In this document: positions 31,643 to 46,168 of the stretch, one piece after another
Layout: every line of letters starts with the position of its first letter
How positions within the stretch are numbered: the stretch's first letter is position 1
Source: an uncultured Acidobacteriota bacterium
Lineage (GTDB): Bacteria > Acidobacteriota > Vicinamibacteria > Vicinamibacterales > UBA8438
Length of the DNA stretch: 64,000 nucleotides
Assembly: GCA_913043225.1 (NCBI GenBank)
Contig: CAJWLU010000004.1
Location: 96,001 to 160,000 of the forward strand
Direction of reading: 5' to 3'
The notes under the pieces: generated by a model
Seen by the model: the letters and a program-made list of their open reading frames with translations, nothing else
Databases searched by the model: none
Told to the model about the DNA's origin: nothing
Translations under genes and position numbers: made by a program

Positions 31643-32581
31643 CTACCGTTCGGCGACGTTGCCCTCAAAGGGCGTGCCGTCGAGCGCGCCCAGCGTCTCC
31701 ATGGCCGCCTCGCGCACTGTCAGATTCTCATCCGTGTCAGCGAGGCGTTCTACCGGCCCGCGCAGGTCCGCCTCGACGCTGACCGTGCCGAGCGCGGCGA
31801 CCGCCTTGAGCCCGCTGACCATGACCTCGCTCGTCGGGTCCGCGAGCGTCTCGGACGGCGTCACGTGCTCGCTCACGTACTCGCGATCCAGCATCCGCCG
31901 CAACACCGTCAAGCCCCGCCCGTCGCCATGGCGCGCCAGCGAGACTGCCGCGTTCCACTGCACATCCGGCACAGGGTCGCTCAACGCAGACCTAAGCGTC
32001 CGGTGCTCGCCTCCATCGTCGTCGGGCAGCACCCCGAGGGCGTAGACCACCATCTTGCGCACACCCGGGTCGGTCGCCTGATACAGCTTTACGATTTCCG
32101 GGACGACGGCCTGGTCCCCAAGTGAAGCCAGGGCCCACAAAATACTGATCAGCGTCTCAGTATCAGACTCGTCGAGCGCCGTAGTTAGTGCAGCAACAGC
32201 CTCACTGGGAGGCGACTCCAGGCGCCCGATGGCTAAGGCCAAGTATCGACGGATCCGCGGGTCGTCGCCGTCGGATTGCACGAAGGCGCGCAGCAGCGCC
32301 GGCGCGAGGTCCGGATGCTCCGCCTGCAGCTCGGGATCGCCCATCAGCCGCGCCAACTCGTACGCCGCCGGCCACCGCCGGTCGCGTCCACCCGTACGGA
32401 CATCATTCAGGTACTCCTCCGGCGTCCGCTCGTCGGCCACCATCATTCGGAAGCCGCCATAGATGGCCACCACGACGGCAACCACCGCGAGAGGGATCAG
32501 GAAGAACTGAACGGCCAGAGACGGTGCAGCCGCGAGACGGCTATCCGAACGCGCAGGCTCGCGCTCGCCAAGCTTCTGCAT
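31643..32581 (-). CDS. membrane-anchored HEAT-repeat protein
   Basis: One TM followed by repeated D.DP.VR..A..ALG helical repeats. Start uncertain (32581-32650). Confidence 0.8.
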   Translation of the reverse strand: MQKLGEREPARSDSRLAAAPSLAVQFFLIPLAVVAVVVAIYGGFRMMVADERTPEEYLNDVRTGGRDRRWPAAYELARLMGDPELQAEHPDLAPALLRAFVQSDGDDPRIRRYLALAIGRLESPPSEAVAALTTALDESDTETLISILWALASLGDQAVVPEIVKLYQATDPGVRKMVVYALGVLPDDDGGEHRTLRSALSDPVPDVQWNAAVSLARHGDGRGLTVLRRMLDREYVSEHVTPSETLADPTSEVMVSGLKAVAALGTVSVEADLRGPVERLADTDENLTVREAAMETLGALDGTPFEGNVAER

Positions 32582-32683
32582 CAGTGCGTCGGGGGTAGGA
32601 GGAGACGGAGCGTATCCACGATTATCCGTTGTTTGTGCATCTAGGCACAAGCTCTGCCGTGTCGGGCCTGAAACAACGGGCGG

Positions 32684-32712
32684 ATCCTATAATGCGACAC
32701 GCGACCGGTCAA
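32684..32712 (-). promoter_or_regulatory. sigma70-type promoter of the HEAT-bc operon
   Basis: Minus strand TTGACC-17 nt-TAGGAT. Confidence 0.6.
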
Positions 32713-32738
32713 GGTACGACGCACTCCACTCTTACCCC

Positions 32739-33290
32739 TCAAATGCGAGGTAGCGTGACCTCGAGTTGCGATTGATACTTGCCCTTCTTATCGCCATAAG
32801 ACACTTCGCACGACTCGTCGCTCTGAAAAAACAGCACCTGCGCTATCCCCTCGTTGGCGTAGATCTTCGCCGGCAGCGGCGTGGTGTTTGAGATCTCAAG
32901 CGTCGCGGTACCTTCCCATTCCGGCTCGAACGGGGTGACGTTGACGATGATCCCGCACCGCGCGTAGGTCGATTTACCCAGACAAACTGTCAGCACGTCG
33001 CGAGGAATCCGGAAATATTCGACGGTCCGCGCTAGCGCGAACGAGTTCGGCGGCACGATGCAGAGGTCGGACTGGATGTCGATGAACGACCGCGGGTCGA
33101 ACGCCTTCGGGTCTATCACCGTATTGTTGATGTTAGTAAACACCTTGAACTCGTCGGCCACGCGAATATCGTAGCCGTAGGACGACAGGCCGTAGGACAC
33201 GACGTCATCTCGGACCTGGCTCTCGACAAACGGCTCGATCATGCCCTTGGCCGCCATCTTCTTGATCCACCGGTCCGATTTAATCGCCAT
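32739..33290 (-). CDS. dcd: dCTP deaminase
   Basis: [39 protein letters not shown]. Confidence 0.96.
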   Translation of the reverse strand: MAIKSDRWIKKMAAKGMIEPFVESQVRDDVVSYGLSSYGYDIRVADEFKVFTNINNTVIDPKAFDPRSFIDIQSDLCIVPPNSFALARTVEYFRIPRDVLTVCLGKSTYARCGIIVNVTPFEPEWEGTATLEISNTTPLPAKIYANEGIAQVLFFQSDESCEVSYGDKKGKYQSQLEVTLPRI

Positions 33291-33304
33291 GCTCCTCCTG
33301 TTTG

Positions 33305-33499
33305 CTACCGGCGCCAAAAAGATAACGCCAATGTCAGGGCCACACTAAGCAGCACGCCGGTCGCCAGCGGCATGTAGATGGTAACGTTGCCACGTCGATA
33401 CACGATGTCTCCGGGCAACCGACCTAAAGGGAGTCCCAGCATCAGCAGCGCACCGACGCTGGCGATGGCCAACCCAACCAACACCAGGACCTTGCCCAC
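33305..33499 (-). CDS. DUF2905 small membrane protein
   Basis: LGRLPGDI...YMPLAT..LLS motif, two TMs. Confidence 0.85.
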   Translation of the reverse strand: MGKVLVLVGLAIASVGALLMLGLPLGRLPGDIVYRRGNVTIYMPLATGVLLSVALTLALSFWRR

Positions 33500-33505
33500 A
33501 AACCC

Positions 33506-33919
33506 TCAGTCCAGCTCGACTCCACGGAAAAAGTAGCCGAGTTCGAATGCCGCGGTCTCTGGTGCGTCTGACCCGTGAGTGGCATTGTGCTCGATCGAGG
33601 ACCCGAACCGCTTCCGGAGGGTACCCTCTGCGGCCTGTGCGGGGTCGGTCGCCCCCATCAGAGCGCGCCATTTAAGAATGGCATCCGGCGCATCCAACGC
33701 CATAACGATCGCGGGGCCGGACGACATGAAGTTGGTCAGGCTATCAAAGAACGGCCGCTCACGATGCACGGCATAGAAACCCTCAGCCTCGACCTTGGTC
33801 AGGCGCACCAGTCGCATCCCAGACAGAAGGAAGCCGGCATCCTGAACGGCGCTCAGAATCGCCCCGGAGTAGCCTGCCGCAACCGCGTCCGGTTTTATGA
33901 TCGCGAACGTCCGCTCCAT
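33506..33919 (-). CDS. ndk: nucleoside diphosphate kinase
   Basis: ERTFAIIKPDAV, FYAVH, GATDP, NATHGSD. Confidence 0.97.
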   Translation of the reverse strand: MERTFAIIKPDAVAAGYSGAILSAVQDAGFLLSGMRLVRLTKVEAEGFYAVHRERPFFDSLTNFMSSGPAIVMALDAPDAILKWRALMGATDPAQAAEGTLRKRFGSSIEHNATHGSDAPETAAFELGYFFRGVELD

Positions 33920-33933
33920 GCTGTTCCCTTCGC

Positions 33934-34971
33934 TCACCCGAGGCTCTCCATGATCTCGTTGAGCACAGCGCGCGGCGGACGCACCTGCTCCTCAGACAGT
34001 GCCGCCAGCGGCTCGTCCACCAAGTTCAGCGTCGTGATGAAGTCGTCGGTCACCGGCTCGACGTAAATCAGCCCGGTAGCAAACTCCCCTCGGCCGTGCG
34101 TCTCGTGCAACACGCGCTGCGCCTGCAGCTTGTCGGTCGGGTTGTAGCTCTCGTCGAGCTTCTTGAGATACAGCCGAGACCCATCATGAAGTGTCACTTC
34201 CTGGGTCGTTCCAGGCTCGTGCTCAATCGAGATATCCTCGAAGAAGGGCACGAAGTCGATCTCCTCGAGCGGGTCATCGTGGCTCTTGACGTAGGCATAA
34301 CTCTTGGTTGAGCCTTCGTGGTCATTAAACGTAACGCAAGGCGACAACACATCAATCATCGCCGTACCCCGATGGCTAAGAGCAGCCTTCAAGACAGCAG
34401 TCAGTTGCTTCTTGTCGCCCGAGAAAGAACGAGCCACGAAAGTGGCGCCGAGTTGAATCGCGAGCGCGCAGGTATCAATAGGCGGCAGATCGTTAACGAC
34501 GCCAGTCTTGAGCGTAGAACCAACATCTGCGGTGGGAGAGAACTGGCCTTTTGTCAGTCCATAACACCCGTTGTCTTCGATGATGTAGATAATCGGCAAA
34601 TTCCGCCGCATCAGATGCACGAACTGCCCTATGCCGATGGCGCCCGTGTCACCATCTCCGCTAACACCAATGGCCACCAAGTGCTTATTGGCTAGCATGG
34701 CGCCAGTCCCGACCGAAGGCATCCGGCCGTGCACGGAATTGAAGCCGTGGGACGAGCCAAGAAAATACGCCGGGCTTTTACTGGAACAACCGATCCCAGA
34801 AAGTTTCACGACCTGCTGCGGGTCGATGCCCATCTCAAAACAGGCATCGATGATGCGCGAGGAAATCGTGTTGTGGCCGCAGCCGGCACAGAGTGTCGAC
34901 TTACCGCCGCGGTACACCGATGGCTCAAGCCCAATTCGATTGGTTTTTGGTTTAGTTGTCGCAGTAGCCAC
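33934..34971 (-). CDS. korB: 2-oxoacid:ferredoxin oxidoreductase beta subunit
   Basis: CAGCGH, GIGCS, VHGR, GDGD TPP motif, YGLTKGQFSPT. Confidence 0.92.
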   Translation of the reverse strand: MATATTKPKTNRIGLEPSVYRGGKSTLCAGCGHNTISSRIIDACFEMGIDPQQVVKLSGIGCSSKSPAYFLGSSHGFNSVHGRMPSVGTGAMLANKHLVAIGVSGDGDTGAIGIGQFVHLMRRNLPIIYIIEDNGCYGLTKGQFSPTADVGSTLKTGVVNDLPPIDTCALAIQLGATFVARSFSGDKKQLTAVLKAALSHRGTAMIDVLSPCVTFNDHEGSTKSYAYVKSHDDPLEEIDFVPFFEDISIEHEPGTTQEVTLHDGSRLYLKKLDESYNPTDKLQAQRVLHETHGRGEFATGLIYVEPVTDDFITTLNLVDEPLAALSEEQVRPPRAVLNEIMESLG

Positions 34972-35033
34972 GTGTTCCTGCCTCGATAGCCGGCTCAACC
35001 TCCCGGCCGGATGTCCCCCGTCTGCCAGACGGC

Positions 35034-36929
35034 TTACTCGCCGCCAACTCCCGCGTCGTGTGGAACCCCTCCTTCGTGAGCGGAGTACTTCACCCGATAC
35101 CCTTCCTGAATCAGGATGTCGTCGGTAATCGTCCGGGCATCGATCGGCTCCCCAGCATAGTGCAGCACGCTGCGCAGCCGGCCGGCGAGTTCCGACCGTA
35201 ATTCGAGACGCATGAGCGTCGACATCTGCGCGTCGCGGTTCTGCTCGACCACGTAGACACGGTCGTGACGCTCGATGAACGAAGCAAGCGCGGACCGGAA
35301 CGGATACGCCCGAAGCCGGTAGTACGATGTCTGAAGATCCGCTTCCGCAACGAGCTGGTCACGCGACTCGGTGATCGCCCAGTGGGTAGTACCAAAGGCC
35401 ACGATCCCGATCCGAGCCCGCCGGTTGATAGTCACCTCAGGTGCCGGCATCCAATTCCGAGCCGTCTCAAACTTACGGGTCAACCGGTCGAGGTTCTTCT
35501 TGTAGTCGTCTGACCGCTCGCTGTACTGCCCCCATTCGTTGTGCCCAGACCCGCGGGCGAAGTAGGCGGGTAGCCCGTTCCCCGGCACCGTGCGATAGGG
35601 AATGCCATCTCCGTCGACATCGCGATACCGACCGAACTTACCAATACGCTCAAGGGTGTCCTCATCGAGAACCTTGCCTCGGTCCAGAGCCTTTTCCGGA
35701 TAATCGAACTTGTCCGACATCCACGTATTCATCCCGAGGTCAAGATCGCTCAGGACAAACACCGGCGTTTGGAATCGTTCGGCCAGATCGAACGCATTCA
35801 TCGCCATTGTGTAGCACTCGTCAGGCGAACTCGGAAAGAGCATTGGATGTCGAGTGTCGCCGTGCGACAAAAATGCTGTCGACAGCACGTCGCCCTGGGC
35901 TGTCCGCGTGGGCAATCCAGTAGACGGCCCAACCCGCTGCACGTCGAAGATCACGGCCGGCACCTCGGCGTAGTAGCCAAGTCCGGCAAACTCTCCCATC
36001 AGCGAAATGCCAGGCCCCGAGGTCGCCGTCATCGAACGCGCTCCTGCCCACCCCCCTCCAAGAGCCATCCCCAACGCCGCGATCTCGTCTTCGGCCTGCA
36101 CCACCGCAAAGGTAGCCTTGCCAGACTTCTTGTCGACCCGGTACTTGCGGAGATAACTGATCAGCGTCTCGCAGAGCGATGACGAGGGTGTAATCGGATA
36201 CCACGCCACCACCGTAACGCCGGCCATCATGCACCCGATCGCAGCCGCCGCGTTTCCGTCGATCAGGATCCGTCCTTCGGTCGCATCCATCGGGGCGACG
36301 CTGTAGGGATCCTGCTTCTCGAGCTGCTCGCCAGCGAATGTGAAACCGACGTCGAGCGCCTCCTTATTGATAGAGACGATCTTCGGCTTGCCGCCGAACT
36401 GCTTCTTGAGGGCCTCCTCCATCTGACCGAGGTCGATCCCGAAGAGCCGAGACAACACGCCGTCATAGATCATGTTGCGGACGCGACGGCGAAGCTTGAC
36501 GTCTCGTGACACCTCAGCGACGAGCTTGTCGAACGGTACCGGATAGAAAAAGAGGTCGCGGCGCAGCTCACTCAGGCCCAGCGGCTCGTCGTACACGACG
36601 GCGGCGCCCGCCTGCAGACTCAGAACGTCTTCACGTGCCGTTTCCGGATTCATCGCCACCAGCACGTCGATCTCTTTCTTTCGGGCGATGTAGCCATCCT
36701 TGTTCGCACGGATCGTGAACCACGTTGGCAATCCTGCGATATTGGACGGAAACAGGTTCTTCCCAGACACCGGAACACCCATCTGGAAGATCGCGCGCAA
36801 CAGCACCAGGTTCGCCGTCTGGCTCCCGGAACCGTTGACAGTTGCAACCTGAATACTGAAATCGTTAACGATAGACTCGGAGGACTTATTGGATGGACGT
36901 TTTTCGACGGCAACGTCGGACGGGGGCAT
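35034..36929 (-). CDS. korA: 2-oxoacid:ferredoxin oxidoreductase alpha subunit (gamma-alpha fusion)
   Basis: GSGSQ, YPITPSS, QAEDEIAA, ATSGPG, QRVGPSTGLPT. Confidence 0.92.
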   Translation of the reverse strand: MPPSDVAVEKRPSNKSSESIVNDFSIQVATVNGSGSQTANLVLLRAIFQMGVPVSGKNLFPSNIAGLPTWFTIRANKDGYIARKKEIDVLVAMNPETAREDVLSLQAGAAVVYDEPLGLSELRRDLFFYPVPFDKLVAEVSRDVKLRRRVRNMIYDGVLSRLFGIDLGQMEEALKKQFGGKPKIVSINKEALDVGFTFAGEQLEKQDPYSVAPMDATEGRILIDGNAAAAIGCMMAGVTVVAWYPITPSSSLCETLISYLRKYRVDKKSGKATFAVVQAEDEIAALGMALGGGWAGARSMTATSGPGISLMGEFAGLGYYAEVPAVIFDVQRVGPSTGLPTRTAQGDVLSTAFLSHGDTRHPMLFPSSPDECYTMAMNAFDLAERFQTPVFVLSDLDLGMNTWMSDKFDYPEKALDRGKVLDEDTLERIGKFGRYRDVDGDGIPYRTVPGNGLPAYFARGSGHNEWGQYSERSDDYKKNLDRLTRKFETARNWMPAPEVTINRRARIGIVAFGTTHWAITESRDQLVAEADLQTSYYRLRAYPFRSALASFIERHDRVYVVEQNRDAQMSTLMRLELRSELAGRLRSVLHYAGEPIDARTITDDILIQEGYRVKYSAHEGGVPHDAGVGGE

Positions 36930-37058
36930 TCAGATCCTCAAGGCGACAGAAGGGGTCGGTGGGTGATGAACTCGCTAGTGTCCTCACACGGAAGACGGTA
37001 AAACTTTCCCATTCTAGCAGAAGAATGTTGGGTTATGTCGGATGCCCGCATGACGGCG

Positions 37059-37931
37059 TCATGCCGAGAGCCGCTTAGCCACCGCTTCACCGATCTCGGC
37101 AGGACTCTGTACCACCTCCACCCCAGCGGCCGAGAGCGCAACCATCTTGCTGTCCGCCGTTCCCTGCCCCCCGGAAATGATCGCACCGGCGTGCCCCATG
37201 CGCCGCCCCGGGGGCGCACTCTGACCGGCGATGAACCCTACGACCGGCTTCTGGATCTGTTCCTTGATGTAGGCAGCCGCATCCTCTTCGGCGTGGCCGC
37301 CGATCTCACCGATCAGGACGACCGCCTCCGTCTCGTCGTCCGCCTCGAACAACTCGAGTGCGTCAATAAAGCTCGTCCCAATCAGCGGGTCGCCCCCGAT
37401 GCCGATGCACGTGGTCTGACCGAGGCCCAGCTGGGTCAACTGGTAGATAGCCTCGTAGGTCAGCGTGCCGCTCTTGGAAACGACGCCAACCCGCCCCTCC
37501 AGGCAGATATGTCCGGGAATGATGCCAGCCTTGCCCTGCCCCGCGCTGATAAGCCCCGGGCAGTTCGGACCTATGAGCCGGCTCTGCCGGCTGCGCAGGA
37601 ACTCGAGCGCCCGAATCATGTCAAGCGTAGGAATACCCTCGGTAATACAGACAATTAGCGCCACCTCGGCATCCGCCGCCTCCATCACCGCGTCGGCCGC
37701 CACCGGTGGCGGGACGAAGACCACCGAGGCGTTCGCCCCCGTCTCACGCACCGCCTCGGCGACCGTATCGAAGATCGGCACGCCGTTCTGAGCACCGCCT
37801 CCCCTGCCCGGCGTCACCCCGGCAACTACCTGGGTGCCATACTCGGCTGCCTGCCGCGCATGGAAGCTTCCCTCACGGCCTGTGATCCCCTGTACGAGCA
37901 ACCGGGTGTCCCGGGTCAACAACACGGCCAT
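37059..37931 (-). CDS. sucD: succinyl-CoA synthetase alpha subunit
   Basis: [27 protein letters not shown]. Confidence 0.97.
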   Translation of the reverse strand: MAVLLTRDTRLLVQGITGREGSFHARQAAEYGTQVVAGVTPGRGGGAQNGVPIFDTVAEAVRETGANASVVFVPPPVAADAVMEAADAEVALIVCITEGIPTLDMIRALEFLRSRQSRLIGPNCPGLISAGQGKAGIIPGHICLEGRVGVVSKSGTLTYEAIYQLTQLGLGQTTCIGIGGDPLIGTSFIDALELFEADDETEAVVLIGEIGGHAEEDAAAYIKEQIQKPVVGFIAGQSAPPGRRMGHAGAIISGGQGTADSKMVALSAAGVEVVQSPAEIGEAVAKRLSA

Positions 37932-37933
37932 CG

Positions 37934-39106
37934 TTAGCGCCCCGCCTCCTCGCCAGACAGGCGAACGGCATGCTGGGCACCCTCGCCCATGCTGTCGGCG
38001 GTCGTAAAGTTGAGCCTGCTCTCCCGCAACATGCGCTTCCCTTCTTCGACGTTGGTCCCCTCCATGCGAATCACTACCGGCACCTCGACGCCGAGATCAG
38101 TCACCGCCGTGATCACACCCTCGGCCAACACGTCGCAACGCAGGATGCCGCCGAAGATGTTGATCAGTACGACGCGCACCTTGTCGTCGGACAGCAGGAT
38201 ACGAAAGGCGTTCCGGATCTGTTCGGCGTTGGCGCCCCCACCGACATCTAGGAAGTTAGCCGGCTCCCCGCCAGACAGCTTAATGATGTCCATCGTGGCC
38301 ATCGCTAGACCAGCGCCGTTGACCATGCAGCCGATGGATCCGTCGAGTCGGATGTAGCTGAGCGAATGCTTGGAAGCCTCAATCTCGAGAGCATCCTCTT
38401 CGTTGAGGTCCCGCAGGTCGCGCAGATCAGGGTGCCGGAACAAGGCGTTGTCGTCCAGCGTCACCTTTGCATCAAGCGCCAGAACCTCCTCATCCGCCGT
38501 GACGACGAGCGGATTGATCTCGACAAGTGACGCATCCCGCGCAACGAACGCCTGCCAGACCCTCAGCATGAGCGCCGCAGCCAGGGCGGCCGGCTTTCCT
38601 CGAAGCCCCACCGCAGCGGCGAGCTGACGGGCTTGGAATGGAGCGAGCCCCAGACCGGGCGCGATCGAGATCCGATGAATCTGGTCCGGTGTTTCTGCGG
38701 CGACCTGCTCGATGTCCATGCCGCCCGCCGCACTCGCCATGAGCACGGGCCGCTGGTTGGCGCGATCGATCAGCAACCCGAGGTAGAGTTCCGACGCAAT
38801 GTCGAGACCTTCCTCGATGAGTAGCCGGGAAACGACGCGCCCGTTCGGCCCGGTTTGCGGCGTGACCAAGGTCATGCCGAGGATCTGGTCGGCTGTCGCG
38901 GCCGCCGTCAGTGCATCGTCAGCCAGCCTGACTCCGCCGCCCTTGCCCCGGCCGCCCGCGTGAATCTGCGCCTTGACGACGACCCGCCCCCCGAGACGCT
39001 TGGCGGCCCCCTTCGCCTCCGCGACCGAGAACACCGGCTCACTCCGCGGCACGGGCACCCCGTGCTCGGCGAGCAGCGCCTTGGCCTGGTACTCGTGGAT
39101 CTTCAA
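37934..39106 (-). CDS. sucC: succinyl-CoA synthetase beta subunit
   Basis: [41 protein letters not shown] start. Confidence 0.97.
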   Translation of the reverse strand: MKIHEYQAKALLAEHGVPVPRSEPVFSVAEAKGAAKRLGGRVVVKAQIHAGGRGKGGGVRLADDALTAAATADQILGMTLVTPQTGPNGRVVSRLLIEEGLDIASELYLGLLIDRANQRPVLMASAAGGMDIEQVAAETPDQIHRISIAPGLGLAPFQARQLAAAVGLRGKPAALAAALMLRVWQAFVARDASLVEINPLVVTADEEVLALDAKVTLDDNALFRHPDLRDLRDLNEEDALEIEASKHSLSYIRLDGSIGCMVNGAGLAMATMDIIKLSGGEPANFLDVGGGANAEQIRNAFRILLSDDKVRVVLINIFGGILRCDVLAEGVITAVTDLGVEVPVVIRMEGTNVEEGKRMLRESRLNFTTADSMGEGAQHAVRLSGEEAGR

Positions 39107-39138
39107 GGTGTCATCCCGCGTCAGGCGCCGGCCAGGCC

Positions 39139-40071
<933 letters not shown>

Positions 40072-40239
40072 CTAGTAGCTCCCTTCCACCGACTAGCTGA
40101 CAGCAGCGTCGCGAAACGAACTTCGACGCGGAGTGTCCAATTACCGATCCTGCAAGTGAGATGAATTAGGTCCGGCTAACCACATGTCCCGCGGTTCAAA
40201 CCCGGGGGTTTAGGGCACGTCCCCGTGCCGCGTCAGAAG

Positions 40240-40274
40240 ATCTTCACAGAACCTGTGGAAAACCTTGTGGAAAA
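40240..40274. promoter_or_regulatory. cluster of DnaA-box-like 9-mers
   Basis: TGTGGAAAA at 40254 and 40266 (reverse complement TTTTCCACA fits TTWTNCACA) plus degenerate, oppositely oriented ATCTTCACA at 40240. Confidence 0.55.
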
Positions 40275-40485
40275 ATGCGCCCTAGGTTGCACCTGAGCCG
40301 CATCAACCGGGAACTTCTAGCGATTTGCACCATCGTGGTGCGACCGGACTGGCAAGTAATGGTGACCCGCCTGCCAGCGAGCGCTAGGCGATTATACTGT
40401 ACTGCCCGTTCGGCTCTCCTAAGAGGTACGGAACACACGAAGGCTCTCGACAACGCACCCTCCTTCCCTCACTGAGGAATTTACC

Positions 40486-42075
40486 TTGAAGATCGTGATT
40501 GCTGATCCACTGCCCAGTTCGGCCGCCGACCTCTTCCGCGAACGCGGCTGGGAAGTCGACGCTGAGACCGGACGCGACCCCGACGTGCTTTACGAAGCAC
40601 TCGCTGACGCCGACGCTATCGTAGTTCGCAGCGCCACCCAGGTCGACGCCGCGCTTATCGCCCGCGCGCCGAAGCTGCGCGTCATCGCCCGGGCCGGTAC
40701 CGGCGTGGACAACGTCGATCTGGATGCGGCCAGTGCTGGCGGCATCCTGGTGGTCAACGCTCCAGGGGCCAATAGCATCAGTGTCGCTGAACACGCCTTC
40801 GCTCTAATCCTCGCCTCGGCCCGAAACATTGCCCAGGCGGACCATCACATGAAAGAGGGGCGTTGGGAGAAGAAGCGCCTCACTGGGACCGAGCTGCGAG
40901 GCAAGACCCTCGGAGTGGTCGGTTTGGGCAGGATCGGCCGTGCGGTTGTCCAGCGAGGACATGCGTTCGGGATGCGTGCTGTCGCCCACGATCCATTCAT
41001 CGCCGAACAGGCAGCCGACGACATCGGCGTTACCTTGCTCGAGCTCGACGGCCTGTGCGCCGAGGCCGACTTTATCACCCTCCACATGCCTGCCACCGGA
41101 GACCGTCCGCTGTTTGACGCCCCTCGGCTGGCGCGCTGCAAGCCAACCGCCTGCATCGTAAACACAGCGCGGGGCAGCCTCATCGACGAGGATGCACTTG
41201 TCGCCGCCATCGAAGAAGGCCGCCTGGGAGGCGCCGGGCTGGACGTCTTCGCAAGCGAGCCGGCGACCGACCGGCCGGTCACGCGCTTACCCCAGGTCGT
41301 TGCCACCCCGCATATCGCCGGTTCGACGCGTGAGGCGCAGGAACTTGTTGCTATCGAGACCGCTGGTTGCGTGCGTGACTACCTGGAAACCGGGCTCGTG
41401 CGAAATGCGGTGAACTACGCGTCGCTCCCACCGGATGAATTGAAACGGATCCAGCCCTTCGCCACTCTCGCGGAGCGACTCGGCACCTTCCTCGCTCAGG
41501 TCGCCAAAGGGCGCACCGAGACTGTCGCTCTCCGCTATTACGGCGAACTCGCCGAGGGAAACAACGAGCTACTCGTCGGCGCGACCCTGGTGGGATTCTT
41601 CGGCGCCACCCTTTCGTCCCAGGTGACGCCGATCAATGCGCGAGCACTCGCTCGGGAACGAGGGATCGATATTGTCGAAACTCGCAGCACACGGCCACGA
41701 AATTTTACGAGCCTGATTTCGGTGAAGCTACACACAAACGAAGGCGAGCACTGGGTCGAGGGCGCTATCTTCGAGCAAGCCGGGCCACGCCTGGTCCTGC
41801 TCGACGGGGTGACGGTCGAAGCTCCCCTCGAGGGCACGCTTGTGGTGATCCGCAACGATGACCGTCTCGGCGTAATCGGCGAGGTCGGCACGATCCTCGG
41901 CCGGCACGAAATCAACATCGCTACGCTGGCGCTGGGACGCGGCACCGACGGCGCGGTCTCTATCTACCGAATCGATCAGACTCCAGACGTAAAAAATGCG
42001 GTCACGGACGTGGTCCTCTCGGACCTCGACGGAATCGATGCCGTCACCAGCGCCGAGATCGTGGTGCTGCCTTAG
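40486..42075 (+). CDS. serA: D-3-phosphoglycerate dehydrogenase (type I, ASB+ACT)
   Basis: RAGTGVDN, GLGRIG, NTARG, LDVF, TPHIAGST, C-terminal ACT; TTG start. Confidence 0.96.
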   Translation: MKIVIADPLPSSAADLFRERGWEVDAETGRDPDVLYEALADADAIVVRSATQVDAALIARAPKLRVIARAGTGVDNVDLDAASAGGILVVNAPGANSISVAEHAFALILASARNIAQADHHMKEGRWEKKRLTGTELRGKTLGVVGLGRIGRAVVQRGHAFGMRAVAHDPFIAEQAADDIGVTLLELDGLCAEADFITLHMPATGDRPLFDAPRLARCKPTACIVNTARGSLIDEDALVAAIEEGRLGGAGLDVFASEPATDRPVTRLPQVVATPHIAGSTREAQELVAIETAGCVRDYLETGLVRNAVNYASLPPDELKRIQPFATLAERLGTFLAQVAKGRTETVALRYYGELAEGNNELLVGATLVGFFGATLSSQVTPINARALARERGIDIVETRSTRPRNFTSLISVKLHTNEGEHWVEGAIFEQAGPRLVLLDGVTVEAPLEGTLVVIRNDDRLGVIGEVGTILGRHEINIATLALGRGTDGAVSIYRIDQTPDVKNAVTDVVLSDLDGIDAVTSAEIVVLP

Positions 42076-42178
42076 TATTCCAGCCGGGCGTCGCCCCAAC
42101 TGCAGTTTTGCGACGCAGTCTTGCCGAGCTGCCTAACAGGCTCATTCTTCCGCCGTCTACTAGCGGCGAACAGCTAGA

Positions 42179-42730
42179 TCAGGGAAGGGTGAGATGCACG
42201 GTGGCGTCGCCCTGTCTATCCCGGAGCTCGACGGCGTCGTTCGACACGGCGCGCACCAGATATCGGCCAATGACGTCGTCACCGACGTTCGCAAGGAAGA
42301 CTCGACCGGACACTGACAGGATGGCCGTGTAGCGCACCCCGGTGGCTGTCGGCTCGCTCCCGACGCCGGCCAAAGTCACGCTGGGGTGGCGTCCCGACGG
42401 AGCGTCCGCCAACTCGCGCAGACGCCTCTCCTGGGGCCCGCGCATCGAGACCGTCGGTGGCGCGGCCGGAGCGACGACCGGATTGCGGGGACGGAACGCA
42501 AACGGGTTTCTCGCCGGGACGCGTGGCCGCGGCGCGTGCCCCAGCCGGGCCGTCAGCCGGGTCACTTCATGTGCGAGATCGACCTGAGCCGGAATTGGCC
42601 CCGCCTGCTGCGCTACGACGGCCGCCGTTGGCATTGTGGTCGGCAAAGATGGGACGGTTGTGGCAGACGAAAACCATGCCGCAGCCAGTGCGGCACCCCC
42701 CGCCATCAACACCACTTTCGATCGCGTCAT
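42179..42730 (-). CDS. exported hypothetical protein, PilP/GspC-HR-like
   Basis: N-terminal hydrophobic anchor, Pro-rich linker with RNPF, beta-rich C-terminal domain (LAGV...AIL...VGD.V.GRY.V). Confidence 0.55.
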   Translation of the reverse strand: MTRSKVVLMAGGAALAAAWFSSATTVPSLPTTMPTAAVVAQQAGPIPAQVDLAHEVTRLTARLGHAPRPRVPARNPFAFRPRNPVVAPAAPPTVSMRGPQERRLRELADAPSGRHPSVTLAGVGSEPTATGVRYTAILSVSGRVFLANVGDDVIGRYLVRAVSNDAVELRDRQGDATVHLTLP

Positions 42731-42859
42731 CTCTGTACTCCTATCGATCGTACCACGTACCCCTGCTTTTCGAGGTTAAAGGCACGCGAACTTCAAGCGA
42801 GAAGCCCCGGTAAACTGCCGTTCTGTAAAGCCATGTAACATTCCGTGTTAGCATTCGTC

Positions 42860-45306
<2,447 letters not shown>

Positions 45307-45334
45307 CCCAACGCATCGTACTTATAATTGAGCG

Positions 45335-46168
45335 GTGTCCGAGATAAGGATCGGCGGCCTCAGGGTGGGCAACGGCGCTCCTCTCGTGCTCATCGGTGGC
45401 CCCTGCGTCATCGAAAGCGAGACGCATGCGCTGACGCTCAGCGGCGCGATCGCGGCAATAACGGCCCGCCTGGGCGTGCCCTTTGTCTTTAAGGCATCGT
45501 TCGATAAGGCGAACCGAACCTCACATCGATCATTCCGCGGGCCTGGTCTCGATCAAGGACTTAAGGTTCTGGCGGCGGTCAAATCGACCCATCAGGTGCC
45601 GATTCTCACCGACATCCATGAACCCGCTCAGGCACGCCCGACGGCCGAGGTCGCCGACGTACTTCAGATCCCGGCCTTCCTCGCGCGTCAAACCGACCTA
45701 CTCACGGCTGCCGCCGACACAGGCCGTGCCGTGAACATCAAGAAGGCCCAGTTTATGGCGCCGGACGACATGCGGCACGCGATCGAGAAAGTGCGAGCGC
45801 AGGGCAACGAGCAGATTCTCGTCACCGAGCGGGGCGTTAGTTTCGGCTATCACACCCTGATAGTCGACATGCGCTCCCTCCCACAACTGCGCGCGCTCGG
45901 AACACCGGTCATCTTCGACGTCACACATAGCCTGCAGCAGCCGGGCGCAGGGGACGGAGTGACCCTGGGGCAGGCGGAATACATCACGCCTCTCGCCTCG
46001 GCCGGCGTAGCGGCCGGTATCGACGCGCTGTTTCTCGAGATTCATGACGACCCGCGCCAGGCTCGGAGCGATGCGCAGAACGCGCTGGCTCTCGACCTGC
46101 TCGAACCGTTGCTCCAGCGCCTCCTGCGGATCGACGCCGCCACCCGTTCCCCCTTGAGCGCGCCGTGA
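45335..46168 (+). CDS. kdsA: KDO8P synthase
   Basis: GPCVIES, KASFDKANRTS, QIPAFL, ERG, DVTHS. Confidence 0.96.
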   Translation: MSEIRIGGLRVGNGAPLVLIGGPCVIESETHALTLSGAIAAITARLGVPFVFKASFDKANRTSHRSFRGPGLDQGLKVLAAVKSTHQVPILTDIHEPAQARPTAEVADVLQIPAFLARQTDLLTAAADTGRAVNIKKAQFMAPDDMRHAIEKVRAQGNEQILVTERGVSFGYHTLIVDMRSLPQLRALGTPVIFDVTHSLQQPGAGDGVTLGQAEYITPLASAGVAAGIDALFLEIHDDPRQARSDAQNALALDLLEPLLQRLLRIDAATRSPLSAP

